Source: a virus (taxonomy: Duplodnaviria; Caudoviricetes). From it: a DNA stretch of 64,000 bases. The stretch lies in IMG/VR virus record IMGVR_UViG_3300027759_000007, positions 1,145-65,144 of that record; one strand, written 5' to 3'. Positions within the stretch are counted from its first letter, which is position 1. Each line of letters opens with the position of its first letter. Positions 7,812 through 17,911 of this stretch are shown here, piece after piece. A program made the translations under genes and the position numbers. The notes under the pieces are model-generated. The model was not told where the DNA came from and ran no database searches. It was given only the letters and a program-made list of their open reading frames with translations.

Positions 7812-9947
7812 ATGCCTCTGACTCTCCATCTTGATTTCGAGACAAAAAGTAGGTGCGACCTGCCGAAACGAGGCGCGTACCGTTATGCAAACGACGCTTC
7901 GACATCTATCTTGTGCGTGGCGATTGCAGAAGGGAATGGCGAACCTGTGCTGTGGAACACTTGGCAACGCCCCCATTTTTCCCCTGCTTGGAACTTGATT
8001 GAAGCAGCGTCAGACCCCAGCACCATCATCTACGCCCACAACGCGGGATTCGAGCGCTCAATCAGCGATGCTCTATGGACCAAGACCTTTGGACTGCCAG
8101 CACCCCACTACTCACAGTGGCGTTGCACCGCAGCAATGGGAAGGCGTGCGGCACTGCCAGCTAGTCTGGAAAAGCTGGCAGAGGCGCTCAAGCTCGGACA
8201 TCAGAAAGACCCGAAGGGGAAGGCGCTCATTCGCAAGTTCTCGATCCCACAAACCGTGGGCAAGTTGAAAGGGCAGTTCATCAACCCCGAGGACGAGCCA
8301 GAGGCATTCAAGGAGTTCTGCCAGTACTGCATCCAAGATGTCAAAGTCGAGCAGGAGATTCACCGAGTCCTCAAAGACTTCGAGCTTTCTGGCATTCCGC
8401 TTGAGACGTTCATCCTCGACATGGAGATCAATGGTCGTGGCTTCCCCGTGAACCTCGACGCCCTGCACAAGGCTCTCAAAATTGTAGAGGAGGAGAGTGA
8501 AAGGCTCGGCGGAGAGTTTACCAAACTGACAGGATGCTCACCCAACCAGAATGCCGTGTTCCTCGCATGGCTCAAGGAACGTGGCTACGAGGGCGACAAC
8601 CTGCGTGCTGAGACGTTGGAGGAGACACTGGAAGATGAAGACTTCGACCCAACAACCGAGGTCGGACAGGCGCTCACCCTCAAGAAGCAAATCAGCTACG
8701 CCTCGCTCAAGAAGATCCCGTCAATGATCAACTGCGCTGGGCCTCACGACAACCGAGTTCGTGGAACACTCACTTTCCACGGTGCGGGACCGGGGCGATG
8801 GAGCGCGACACTGGTGCAGCCTCAGAACTTTAAGCGTCCGACCATTGATGAGACGGAAGCAGTCTATGACGCCATCTGCTCGGGCTGCGATGCGACGTGG
8901 CTGCGTGAGATATATGGATCACCCTTGGAGATGGTGTCATCAAGCATCAGACACTTTATCCACGACACCGAGAATGGCGACATGCTGGATGCTGACTACG
9001 CAGCTATCGAAGCTCGCGTCATCGCATGGCAGGCACAAGAGGAGTGGAGACTTGAGGTGTTTCGCACTCACGGCAAGATTTACGAAGCATCGGCTTCTCA
9101 GATGTTCAAAGTCCCTTTCACTGAGTTTGAGCAATACAAGAAGGAGCATGGTAAAGTCCACCCGCTGCGCCTGAAGGGGAAGGTGGCAGAGTTGGCCCTC
9201 GGCTATCGTGGAGGACCTGGGGCAATGGAGAAGATGGGTGCGCTCAAGCAAGGACTCACCAAGAAGGAGCTACCTGCCATCGTGAAAGCATGGCGCGAGG
9301 CTTCCCCGAGCATCGTCAAACTGTGGGATGAAACCGAAGCCGCAGCGGTGCAGGCTGTCAGAACACCTAACATCAAAATTCCATTCGGTGTGCGGTGTCA
9401 CTTCATCAGCACTCGGACGGCGGGGATGAACTACCTTTTCATGGTACTGCCGAGCGGTCGCCGTATTGCTTACCCAGATCCTATGATTGAGAAGGTGCTT
9501 GTGTGGGGCGTGAAGAAGATCATCAAAGATGAGAACGACGGAGATGTGGAGGAGATGAGCTGGTTCAAGATTCTCAACCCCACCACTGATCAGATTCTTC
9601 AGGTTAAAGAGAAGCACTCGAATGCCCGCACCAAGGACGGCTTGACAATCTTCAGCCAGCTACCCAAAACCGTCCATTGGGGGAGATCGCTGACTCACGG
9701 CGGGATTCTCGTTGAGAACTGTGTCCAGGGTATAGCCTTCGACTTCATGGCAGAAGGTGCCCTCAACGCCAGCAAAGCAGGCTACGAAATCTGTGCCCTC
9801 ATCCACGATGAAGCCCTGTCAGCCTACCATCCTGAGCAGGGACAGACGCTTGAGGAGTTTGTCGCGCTTTTGACAAAACTTCCTGCATGGGCTGACGGAA
9901 TGCCGTTGAAAGCAGAGGGTGATGTCGTTAAATTCTATAAAAAATGA
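7812..9947 (+). CDS. polA: Family A DNA polymerase with 3'-5' exonuclease
   Basis: Exo motifs LDFET, AHNAGFER, YCIQDV; Pol motif A DYAAIEARV, motif B RLKGKVAELALGY, motif C IHDE. Confidence 0.96.
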   Translation: MPLTLHLDFETKSRCDLPKRGAYRYANDASTSILCVAIAEGNGEPVLWNTWQRPHFSPAWNLIEAASDPSTIIYAHNAGFERSISDALWTKTFGLPAPHYSQWRCTAAMGRRAALPASLEKLAEALKLGHQKDPKGKALIRKFSIPQTVGKLKGQFINPEDEPEAFKEFCQYCIQDVKVEQEIHRVLKDFELSGIPLETFILDMEINGRGFPVNLDALHKALKIVEEESERLGGEFTKLTGCSPNQNAVFLAWLKERGYEGDNLRAETLEETLEDEDFDPTTEVGQALTLKKQISYASLKKIPSMINCAGPHDNRVRGTLTFHGAGPGRWSATLVQPQNFKRPTIDETEAVYDAICSGCDATWLREIYGSPLEMVSSSIRHFIHDTENGDMLDADYAAIEARVIAWQAQEEWRLEVFRTHGKIYEASASQMFKVPFTEFEQYKKEHGKVHPLRLKGKVAELALGYRGGPGAMEKMGALKQGLTKKELPAIVKAWREASPSIVKLWDETEAAAVQAVRTPNIKIPFGVRCHFISTRTAGMNYLFMVLPSGRRIAYPDPMIEKVLVWGVKKIIKDENDGDVEEMSWFKILNPTTDQILQVKEKHSNARTKDGLTIFSQLPKTVHWGRSLTHGGILVENCVQGIAFDFMAEGALNASKAGYEICALIHDEALSAYHPEQGQTLEEFVALLTKLPAWADGMPLKAEGDVVKFYKK

Positions 9948-10258
9948 CCCACACCCTCAACACTTGGCCGAATATTTTCGACCGCATCAGGTCAGGCATC
10001 CAGCCGTTCGACATCCGAGCCAACCTTCGTTTCAGCGAGGGTGACACCATCATCCACAAGGAGTTTGCTCCATGTGAGACGTGCCGGGGCACAGGCGAGG
10101 CAGGAAACATCGTTGACGCATGTCCTACTTGTGTGGGCAAGCGTGGCACCTACACAGGCAGGACACTCGAATCGACTGTGACCTGCGTGTCCTCCTTCAA
10201 ACAATCCTTCAACACCGTAGTCCTCGGACTCGACATAACGAAAGACGAGAACCCATGA
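9944..10258 (+). CDS. ASCH/DUF3850-like protein with Zn-finger insert
   Basis: THTLNTWP..FDRIRSG..PFDIR..RFSEGD....EF...YTGR pattern; CETCRGTG...CPTCVG insert. Confidence 0.7.
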   Translation: MTHTLNTWPNIFDRIRSGIQPFDIRANLRFSEGDTIIHKEFAPCETCRGTGEAGNIVDACPTCVGKRGTYTGRTLESTVTCVSSFKQSFNTVVLGLDITKDENP

Positions 10259-10443
10259 GCGACACAGGCAACTCCATTACCCCCACCGAAGCCGAGCACG
10301 ACGAGCACTACGCTCACAAGTGCTGGGGCTGTGACAAGCCCTTCAAGCTGTGCGGAGAAAGGCCCGCAGGCGAGTGTAAAGATGGCGACCTGTGCCAAGA
10401 CTGTATGGATGCTAGACAAAAACTAACCGACGAAGAACAATGA
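10255..10443 (+). CDS. Small Cys-rich protein
   Basis: CWGC...CQDC; ATGA overlaps at both ends. Confidence 0.55.
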   Translation: MSDTGNSITPTEAEHDEHYAHKCWGCDKPFKLCGERPAGECKDGDLCQDCMDARQKLTDEEQ

Positions 10444-10754
10444 CACACGAACCACTCGAAAAAGAAATTGAAAAAAAGATCGGCGACTACGCCAAGAAGC
10501 ATGGATGCCTCTATTGGAAGCTCACATCCCCCGCGAACCGTGCCGTGCCCGACCGCATGATCTGCACCAATCGCGGGATCGTCGGGTTCCTTGAAGTCAA
10601 GCGTCGGGGGTGCAAGCCCACCGAACTGCAACTTGTCAAGATGAAGGAACTCAAAGACCGAGGACATCAAGTGACATGGTGCGACAGCGTGGAGGCGGGC
10701 ATTCGATTTGTGGATGACCTGCTGAACCCATACCCAACATGTGAGGAAATATGA
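10440..10754 (+). CDS. VRR-NUC domain nuclease
   Basis: EKEIE, AVPDRM, FLEVKR, PTELQ motifs; precedes the SNF2 helicase. Confidence 0.9.
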   Translation: MTHEPLEKEIEKKIGDYAKKHGCLYWKLTSPANRAVPDRMICTNRGIVGFLEVKRRGCKPTELQLVKMKELKDRGHQVTWCDSVEAGIRFVDDLLNPYPTCEEI

Positions 10755-12202
10755 ATTTCCCCTCCTCAGAGCCTCAAGACCTGCTCACTGACCACCTTCT
10801 TGCCCACCCCCATGCTCTTGGCTTTGTCGGGGTAGGAATCGGCAAGACAGCGGCAACCTTAGCCGCCTTTGCACATCTGCGTAAGTCAGGAGAGTCGTGT
10901 GGTGCGTTGGTCCTCGCTCCTGTGCGGGTAGCCAACCTCACTTGGCCCCTGGAAGTGCAACGCTGGGATGACTTCAACTCGCTGCGTGTGGCTAACCTGC
11001 GACAGGAGAGCGGGAAGCGTGCGTTCCTGCAAGGCACGGCTGACATCTATGTCTGCAACTACGAGGCGATCCCGATGTTACTACGGCTAGTGGAGGCGAG
11101 GAAGAAGACGGGAAAGGGGCTACCCTATGACACGCTGATTATTGATGAGTCCACCAAGATCAAGAATCCATCAGCCAAGCGAGCCAACGCCTACCGCCGT
11201 GAAGTGCCCCATGCCAGCCACAAGCGCATCTGGGCGCTCACAGGAACGCCAGCACCCAACTCCCTGCTCGACCTCTTTGCACAAGCCCGCTTCGTGGATG
11301 GTGGTCAGCGTCTCGGCAGAGCCTTCGACCTGTTCAAGCAGACCTACTTCAAACAGTCGGGCTACCAAGGCTATCAGTGGAAAGAACTCCCAGGGTCGAA
11401 GAAAGCCATTGAGCAGCGCATCCATGACATCACGCTCACGCTCAGATCGAAAGACTGGCTCGACATACCAGACACCGTGGTTGAGGACGTGGACATCCAC
11501 CTCCCACCCAAACTGATTGCAGACTACAAAGCATTCGAGAAGGAGCTAGTGCTCCAGATTCGACAAGACAAAGAGATCACAGCGACCAATGCTGCCGCTC
11601 TTGTCTCCAAGCTGCTTCAGTTCACCTCGGGCAGTCTCTACGACGAGGACAAAAAGTACCATGACATCCACGAACTAAAACTGGATGCTCTCGCCAAGAT
11701 TGCCAAGGAGACCAAAAGCCCGATTCTGGTTGCCTACGCTTTCCAGCATGAATCTCACCGCATCAGAGCAAGGTTTCCACAAGCTCGGTTCTTCAGTGAC
11801 GCGAAGACACCCGAGGCTCAGAGAAAGCTCTTGGACGACTGGAACAGCGGGCGAATTGAGATGCTGGTAGCTCACCCCAAGTCCATTGGTCACGGGTTGA
11901 ACATGCAGGGTTATCCAGGTGTCGTGATCAACCTCATCGTTTGGTTTACCCTGACGTACAGCCGGGAGGACTATGAGCAGCTTATTGCTCGTCTTGTGCG
12001 TCGAGGTCAGGAGAACTTTGTCACAGTCTATCGCCTGATGGTCGAGAATACCGTGGACTGGGCGGTAGCCACTGTGATCGAGGACAAGCGTGCGACCGAA
12101 GATCGGTTACTTACTGCTTTGCAGCTTTTGGAATCGTGCCGCGAGGTGCCTTTGAAGACGAAGAGAAATGACAGTAACTACTTGGAGGGAGAATGGATCT
12201 GA
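10751..12202 (+). CDS. SNF2-like superfamily 2 helicase
   Basis: GIGKT, IIDEST, LTGTPAPN, GHGLNMQ, QLIARLVRRGQ. Confidence 0.92.
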   Translation: MNFPSSEPQDLLTDHLLAHPHALGFVGVGIGKTAATLAAFAHLRKSGESCGALVLAPVRVANLTWPLEVQRWDDFNSLRVANLRQESGKRAFLQGTADIYVCNYEAIPMLLRLVEARKKTGKGLPYDTLIIDESTKIKNPSAKRANAYRREVPHASHKRIWALTGTPAPNSLLDLFAQARFVDGGQRLGRAFDLFKQTYFKQSGYQGYQWKELPGSKKAIEQRIHDITLTLRSKDWLDIPDTVVEDVDIHLPPKLIADYKAFEKELVLQIRQDKEITATNAAALVSKLLQFTSGSLYDEDKKYHDIHELKLDALAKIAKETKSPILVAYAFQHESHRIRARFPQARFFSDAKTPEAQRKLLDDWNSGRIEMLVAHPKSIGHGLNMQGYPGVVINLIVWFTLTYSREDYEQLIARLVRRGQENFVTVYRLMVENTVDWAVATVIEDKRATEDRLLTALQLLESCREVPLKTKRNDSNYLEGEWI

Positions 12203-12203
12203 C

Positions 12204-12488
12204 ATGCCTCAGAAACCGACCATCTGGGCACGCAACGCCCGTCTCCGACTGCTGACCGCCCTCGGCGGATGTTGTGCTGAGTGCTTCGCTCTAACACACT
12301 TGGAGTTTGACTGTATCCTCCCACAAGGACACGTCCATCACACGCTAGGCACAGCCAAGCGGATGACGTTCTACCGCAGGCAACACACAGAGGGTAATCT
12401 GCAAATCCTGTGCAACCGATGCAATCGTCAGAAAGCGAAATTGGATGTTGTATATTTGAAACAAAAGCTAGAGACTGAACCATTCTGA
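12204..12488 (+). CDS. HNH-fold endonuclease next to the terminase
   Basis: LGGCCAEC....LEFDCI...NLQILCNRCNRQK; the catalytic DH appears as DC. Confidence 0.7.
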   Translation: MPQKPTIWARNARLRLLTALGGCCAECFALTHLEFDCILPQGHVHHTLGTAKRMTFYRRQHTEGNLQILCNRCNRQKAKLDVVYLKQKLETEPF

Positions 12489-12511
12489 ATTATGAAGCAC
12501 ACCTCAAAAAG

Positions 12512-14437
12512 ATGGCGCTAATCGTCCCAACCACCAAGAAAGAGATCAACAAGCTATACCGAGTCAAGTATGGGTTAAAATGGAACCCTCTTTGTGGCGC
12601 AAATGGTCAGCCCGTAGCACAGCGCCCAGATGTCTTCATCGAACAAGAATGCTTACGCTTCTACGACATCCTCAAGAAGCAGCCGGGAAACTTGATGCTT
12701 ACTTGGGAAGAACACTTCCAGAAGTTTGTTGAACTGATCTGGAATAATAAGGAGTGCAGTTACAAATTCTCTTGGAACCCTTTAGCCCTCAGAATGCTGA
12801 AGGAAGTCAGAAATCACCGCTTTCTTGGTGTCTCGGGACACGCTTCATCGGGGAAATCGCAGTTTGGAGCTATATGGGCACTCGCTAACTTTCTCATTTC
12901 GCCAGAGGATACCCGAGTTCTTGTCACTTCTACGTCCCTTCAAGAGTCAAGACTGCGTATTTGGGGGACAATCGAGCGCTATTGGGGTGAAGCAGAAAAG
13001 TATTTTTCGCAAGTTTCAGCCTCGCTCAACTCACCGCCGTCTATGCCAGGGAAGTTGGTTACTTCGTCAGGTAAGATCACAGGATTCATCAACGGGAAAA
13101 CAAACGACCTCGTAGGTATAGCTTTGATTGCAGGAGGTAAAGGCAACGATGGCGATGCATCCACAAAAATTGGTTTCAAATCTCAAGGCAAACTGATCCT
13201 TGTTGCTGACGAACTTCCGCTATTGACTCACAAACTTTATGAATCTACGAGCAATTTGCTCTCGGTTGATGGTTTCCAGATGCTCGCTACAGGAAATTTT
13301 ACTTCTGCGTTCGACCCATTCGGAATGTTTACTGAGCCAGAAGAAGGCTGGAGCAATGTCACCGAGGACATGTATGCGTGGCGAACTAAAGTTGGTGGGT
13401 ATTGCATTCGCTTCGATGGTGAACAATCTCCCAACGTCATCGCCAAGAAAGAGATTTACCCCGGTCTTCTGACAGAGAAAGGCTTGCAGGAAATTCGTGA
13501 ACGTAACGGTGAAAAGTCTCCAGCGTTCTACCGGATGATTAAATCTTTCCCCTGCCCAACGGGTCAGGAGCACATGATCTACAGCGAGCCAGAACTGATC
13601 GGAAACTTTGCAGATCACATAGGCAATACACCTTGGCTCCGCAGACCAATCCCACTCGCGTTTCTCGACCCATCATTCTCGACAGGCGGGGATGCTGCCG
13701 CAGCCTCGTTCGGTCTGTTGGGTGATGCACAGGTCGCAGGCAAGACTGTCACCATATTGGAGAAGGTCGCTACCATCGACCTGATGATGAAGGTGAACGC
13801 TCGGGCCAAGGATTATGACCGCAACGAGCAGCTCGCTGACCTGTTCATCACTGAATGTAACCTGCGTGGTGTAGCAATCGAGGACCGAGGAGTCGATGCA
13901 ACTGGTGGGGGAGATCCATTCGCTTCGTTGATGGCTATCAAGATGGGCAAAGGCTTTCAACTTGTCTCCTTTGGTGGTGCGGCTTCTGATGCGTCTGTCA
14001 GCAAGACAGATACACGTCCAGGCAAAGACCGATTCGTCAACAAAGTCTCAGAGCTTTGGTATGTCGGGAAAGAGTTTGTCCTATCAGGACAGATTCGCGG
14101 CCTTGATCCTGAGACGATTCTAGAACTCATCAACCGCACCTATAAGTCCATCGGTCGGCGCATCCAAGTCGAGCCAAAGGACAAGATGAAAGAGAGAACC
14201 AGCGGTCGAAGCCCCGACCGTGCGGACTCATGGGTAGGGTTGCTGGAGGTGGCAAGGCGCAGGCACAAGTTCATGGCAGCAGCCCGCGCAGCCATTCAAC
14301 CTGCAAAGATTGAGACTCCTGACGACTGGTTCGCCCCACCCAAGGAAGAGAAGGGCAAGAAGTTCCGCGACTTCTTTGGCACCGACGTTGGATTTCACAA
14401 TGAGGGAAATTTCGCTTGGGGCGAAGAACTTCATTGA
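12512..14437 (+). CDS. terL: Terminase large subunit
   Basis: Walker A GHASSGKS, Walker B LVADE, ATGN; nuclease FLDPS, GVDATG, RSPDRADS. Confidence 0.9.
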   Translation: MALIVPTTKKEINKLYRVKYGLKWNPLCGANGQPVAQRPDVFIEQECLRFYDILKKQPGNLMLTWEEHFQKFVELIWNNKECSYKFSWNPLALRMLKEVRNHRFLGVSGHASSGKSQFGAIWALANFLISPEDTRVLVTSTSLQESRLRIWGTIERYWGEAEKYFSQVSASLNSPPSMPGKLVTSSGKITGFINGKTNDLVGIALIAGGKGNDGDASTKIGFKSQGKLILVADELPLLTHKLYESTSNLLSVDGFQMLATGNFTSAFDPFGMFTEPEEGWSNVTEDMYAWRTKVGGYCIRFDGEQSPNVIAKKEIYPGLLTEKGLQEIRERNGEKSPAFYRMIKSFPCPTGQEHMIYSEPELIGNFADHIGNTPWLRRPIPLAFLDPSFSTGGDAAAASFGLLGDAQVAGKTVTILEKVATIDLMMKVNARAKDYDRNEQLADLFITECNLRGVAIEDRGVDATGGGDPFASLMAIKMGKGFQLVSFGGAASDASVSKTDTRPGKDRFVNKVSELWYVGKEFVLSGQIRGLDPETILELINRTYKSIGRRIQVEPKDKMKERTSGRSPDRADSWVGLLEVARRRHKFMAAARAAIQPAKIETPDDWFAPPKEEKGKKFRDFFGTDVGFHNEGNFAWGEELH

Positions 14438-14468
14438 CTCAAGACGTTGGCGGTTCTATTTTTAGAAA
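14434..14468 (+). promoter_or_regulatory. Sigma70-like promoter with operator over the -10
   Basis: TTGACT-N17-TATTTT; GTTCT-ATTTTT-AGAAA at 14453-14468. Confidence 0.6.
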
Positions 14469-14472
14469 CCCT

Positions 14473-14682
14473 ATGACCCAAGCAACTATTTTTCTTAACC
14501 AAGTGCGAGCACGCATCTCCGAACAAACCAACTGGTCGCGTATTGCTCGCTTCCCTTACTCATACAAGCACAAAGAACGCCAGAAACGGGTGTTCGTCAT
14601 CACCCGCGAAGATAGACGATTTACCGTCGTCGCTGACAACTTTACTCAAGCCGATAATCGCCTGACATCTCTCCTAGCATGA
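14473..14682 (+). CDS. Hypothetical protein
   Basis: ATG at 14473 follows the promoter; ATGA overlap with the next gene. Confidence 0.6.
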   Translation: MTQATIFLNQVRARISEQTNWSRIARFPYSYKHKERQKRVFVITREDRRFTVVADNFTQADNRLTSLLA

Positions 14683-14864
14683 GTGACTATTTGATTTTTG
14701 CCGCTGGCTTCCTAACCGCTTCATTGCTCTCGGCTGCGTACATCTTCCATCTTTGCAACCAGCACATCGCTGATCTCCACGATGTCAAAGAAGCTGGGCG
14801 CAAGCGTGGTTATGCTGAAGGCTACCAACGCAAAGCTCTGTCGGCTTATGCACCAACCAACTGA
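14679..14864 (+). CDS. Small membrane protein
   Basis: N-terminal hydrophobic helix YLIFAAGFLTASLLSAAYIF. Confidence 0.6.
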   Translation: MSDYLIFAAGFLTASLLSAAYIFHLCNQHIADLHDVKEAGRKRGYAEGYQRKALSAYAPTN

Positions 14865-14868
14865 ATCT

Positions 14869-15054
14869 ATGCCCACCAAAGATCAGTCCCTCGAACTCCT
14901 GAAAGTCGCTACCCTGGTTCTTCTTGTAGCTGCCTGCTTTGGGTTAGCTCAACAGCGTGAGAACCTAAAAGCCGAAGCTGTGAAACACGGAGCCGCCGAG
15001 TGGTTGGTAAACCCCGACACCGGAGACACGACCTTCACTTGGAAAGAGAAATAA
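14869..15054 (+). CDS. Small membrane-anchored protein
   Basis: TM LLKVATLVLLVAACFGL, then EAVKHGAAEW...FTWK. Confidence 0.6.
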   Translation: MPTKDQSLELLKVATLVLLVAACFGLAQQRENLKAEAVKHGAAEWLVNPDTGDTTFTWKEK

Positions 15055-15058
15055 TTTT

Positions 15059-15598
15059 ATGACTGACCAAATCGCACTCGACTCCCACACCTCTGAATGC
15101 TCTCTCGCCAGAGGTGACTTTGCACCATTCCTGACAGGGAGCCTTATCCTAGAGATGGGTGCAGGAGGTGACACGACTGTCCCTCACGCTCTCACCTTCG
15201 ACATGCCGCAGCCCTACACCCGTGTCGGCGGGGTTCCTCAGATCCTCCGAGGTGACTGCCGCAACCTCGGCATGTTCTGTGATGGAGTCATTGATGGCAT
15301 TGCCAGTCATCACCTACTGGAGGACTGGACCTACAACGATTTAGTGCCCCTGCTGGCTGAGTGGCGTCGAGTGTTGAAGGTTGGCGGTGTCATCTGCACC
15401 AACTGTCCTAACCAGCAAACCTTCTTGGCCCACTGTGCTGCGACAGGCCAAGGAACGAATGATGCCCACAAGGAGCCAGACTTCAGCATTGGCAACTTCG
15501 AGAGGTTGGTGTTGGCAAAGACTGGACCTTGGAAGACTGTGCTGCGTAAGCCAGTGGTGCCTCCGTATTCATGGTATCTTGTGATTGAAAAAGCATGA
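15059..15598 (+). CDS. Class I SAM-dependent methyltransferase
   Basis: ILEMGAGG, DGIASHHLLED, EWRRVLKVGG. Confidence 0.85.
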   Translation: MTDQIALDSHTSECSLARGDFAPFLTGSLILEMGAGGDTTVPHALTFDMPQPYTRVGGVPQILRGDCRNLGMFCDGVIDGIASHHLLEDWTYNDLVPLLAEWRRVLKVGGVICTNCPNQQTFLAHCAATGQGTNDAHKEPDFSIGNFERLVLAKTGPWKTVLRKPVVPPYSWYLVIEKA

Positions 15599-16572
15599 AG
15601 CACCCAAAGATTTACATTCTGAGCGCCCACGCGAAAGGAGACATCGACGGCACGACGATGCAGAACATCCTGTGCCATCTCCCCAATCGCACGACCGAGC
15701 TTGTCGAGGCAGACGCGGTTCTGGTGCCAGTGTCTCACTTTGAAGACTTCAAAATGAACCCGCTTCTCAGAAAAGTGAAGAAGCCTATCATTCTGATGGA
15801 TTTCATGGAGTATTACTCAGGAACCTCTGAGAACGTGACTCACCTGTTTGGGTCGAGGCATCGCGAAGCATGGTACAACTGCCCTGGGGGCGCATGGGAC
15901 GAGTTTCACCAGTGGTGCGTGGAGAACCCGCCCGTGCTGACCTTCAAGCGTGAACTCTACCAGTGTGACGCCTCAGACAAGGTGGTGCCTATTGAGTGGC
16001 CTTGCTACCTGCCCGCGTGGGAGATCGAGCCAAAGTCCAACTTCGATGCTCGCCCTTTTGAACTGTTCTTCAACTGGGGGATGAGCCACCACTCTCGCCC
16101 TGCGTTTGCTGCTCAGGCTTATCAACTAATGGCAGAAGGTAAGATCGACATCGTTTCCCACTTTGACTGCATCGACTCCAAAGCTAATGAGCCGCACCGC
16201 AAGTGGATCAGCATCCACTCCCCCCACACGCACCGCACCAACATCAACGAGATTGCTCGCAGACAGGCCCAGTCGAAGATGAGTCTTTCGCTGCCTGGGG
16301 CGGGTGTTAAGTGCTTCCGTAGTTGTGAGCATCTAGTCCACACAGTCCCTCTGAAGCTACAGGACAGCATGGCTTGGTCCTTCCCGTGGGAGCATGGAGA
16401 GAACTGCCTTCAACTACCGTGGTCTTCCAACATGGCTTTAGACGCTTACGACTACGCCAAGCACTTCGACCTTCACTCTATCTATGCGTCGGCTCAAGAC
16501 CTTGCTGACAGATACCGAGTCCACCGCTACACTGCCGAATACATCATGCCCCGCATCCGCCGAGTCCTATGA
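15595..16572 (+). CDS. Putative GT-B glycosyltransferase (exostosin/GT47-like)
   Basis: SKMSLSLPGAGVKCFRSCE resembles the exostosin-type LxPxG...RxxE signature; locus context. Confidence 0.6.
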   Translation: MKHPKIYILSAHAKGDIDGTTMQNILCHLPNRTTELVEADAVLVPVSHFEDFKMNPLLRKVKKPIILMDFMEYYSGTSENVTHLFGSRHREAWYNCPGGAWDEFHQWCVENPPVLTFKRELYQCDASDKVVPIEWPCYLPAWEIEPKSNFDARPFELFFNWGMSHHSRPAFAAQAYQLMAEGKIDIVSHFDCIDSKANEPHRKWISIHSPHTHRTNINEIARRQAQSKMSLSLPGAGVKCFRSCEHLVHTVPLKLQDSMAWSFPWEHGENCLQLPWSSNMALDAYDYAKHFDLHSIYASAQDLADRYRVHRYTAEYIMPRIRRVL

Positions 16573-17174
16573 ATTTTGACCTTATCAAGAAGCACATCAA
16601 CCCGAAGTCGATTTTAGACGTGGGAAGTAACGTCGGTCACTGGCACAACGAAGCCCGACTGCACTGGCTCAACGCCTACTTCTTCCTTATCGAAGGCAAT
16701 CCAGCTTGTGCCGAGCAGCTAGCTATGACTGGAGCCAGTATGCGAATCGCCCTGCTGAGTGACACTGAGAAGGAGGTGACGTTCTTCACGCGCAATGATG
16801 CTCCGACCTGCACAGGGGCAAGCTACTACCGTGAAAACACTGAGTTCTACGATGAAAGCAAAGCAGTCCCTCACACCATGCTCACGCAACGCCTAGACGA
16901 CGTGGTGGAGGGCCATACTTTTGAGCTTATCAAGATCGACACCCAAGGCAGTGAACTGGACATCCTTCGCGGAGCGCCCAACACCCTCAACGCAGCTAGA
17001 GCCGTCATCATGGAGGTGAGTCTCACCAACTACAACGAGGGTGCGCCTCAGATGAGTGAGACGGTCATGTTCATGGAGGCCCACGGCTTCTACCTAGCCG
17101 AGAATCTTGGCGATATTGTCCACCCTGTTCAACGCAACGTCATCCAACGCGACTGTCTTTTCCTCCGCTTATGA
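16569..17174 (+). CDS. FkbM family methyltransferase
   Basis: ILDVGSNVG, LIEGNP, LIKIDTQGSELDILRGA. Confidence 0.9.
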   Translation: MNFDLIKKHINPKSILDVGSNVGHWHNEARLHWLNAYFFLIEGNPACAEQLAMTGASMRIALLSDTEKEVTFFTRNDAPTCTGASYYRENTEFYDESKAVPHTMLTQRLDDVVEGHTFELIKIDTQGSELDILRGAPNTLNAARAVIMEVSLTNYNEGAPQMSETVMFMEAHGFYLAENLGDIVHPVQRNVIQRDCLFLRL

Positions 17175-17911
17175 GCCTTCAAATTGTTGCTGTCGCTAAT
17201 GGCGAGCCAACTCACGACTACCTCAAGAGAGGCTGGGAAGCCTTTCTCAAATCATCGAGGCGTTATGGCTTCGAGCCGTTCGTTCTTGGGTGGGGTCAAC
17301 CGTGGCAAGGGCTTGGTAGTAAGCCCAAGCTACTCAAGAAAGCCGTCGAGGACGGGCTTGTGAGTGCTGACCATCTGCTGTTCGTGGACGCTTTCGATGT
17401 CTGGTTCGGCTCCAACCCTGAGAACATCCTCAAGTTGTTCCTGATGCAGTCTGACTATGACATCATCTGGAACGCCGAGAAGAACTGCTTTCCAAACGCG
17501 GACTGGGCCAAGGACCACCCTGCTACAAGTTCTCCGTTCAAGTTCTTCAACTCAGGGATGAGCATCGGCAGGATCGGAGCCTACCACACCATCTTTGAGC
17601 AGATGAAGGTGGATGAGTGGCCCAACGACTACCAACGCAAAGACAAGTCATGGGTGCATGTGAACGACCAGCATCACGTCATGGAGAAGTTTCTCTTTGG
17701 GCAGTGCTCGGAAGGAGAGCCAAAGATGGCTCTCGACTCGGGGTGCTTGATGTTCCAAACGCTCACAGGGGTTGAAGCGAACGAATTATCCATCAAGCAT
17801 GGGCGTGTCTTAAACCTTTTCACAGAGACTTGCCCTGTCGCTTTTCACGCCAACGGCGGCAGCAAGACAGCCGGACTCATGGAACCAATTCTGCAAGCCT
17901 TCGATCTATGA
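17171..17911 (+). CDS. GT-A glycosyltransferase resembling the PLOD/LH3 glycosyltransferase domain
   Basis: LLFVDAFDV, NAEKNCFP, FFNSGMSIG, NDQ, LDSGCLMFQTL, FHANG. Confidence 0.8.
   Translation: MSLQIVAVANGEPTHDYLKRGWEAFLKSSRRYGFEPFVLGWGQPWQGLGSKPKLLKKAVEDGLVSADHLLFVDAFDVWFGSNPENILKLFLMQSDYDIIWNAEKNCFPNADWAKDHPATSSPFKFFNSGMSIGRIGAYHTIFEQMKVDEWPNDYQRKDKSWVHVNDQHHVMEKFLFGQCSEGEPKMALDSGCLMFQTLTGVEANELSIKHGRVLNLFTETCPVAFHANGGSKTAGLMEPILQAFDL

Noticed and set aside
17171-17911. Collagen modification by the PLOD-like enzyme
   Set aside because: No Gly-X-Y collagen repeats and no lysyl hydroxylase (2OG-Fe) gene are seen.
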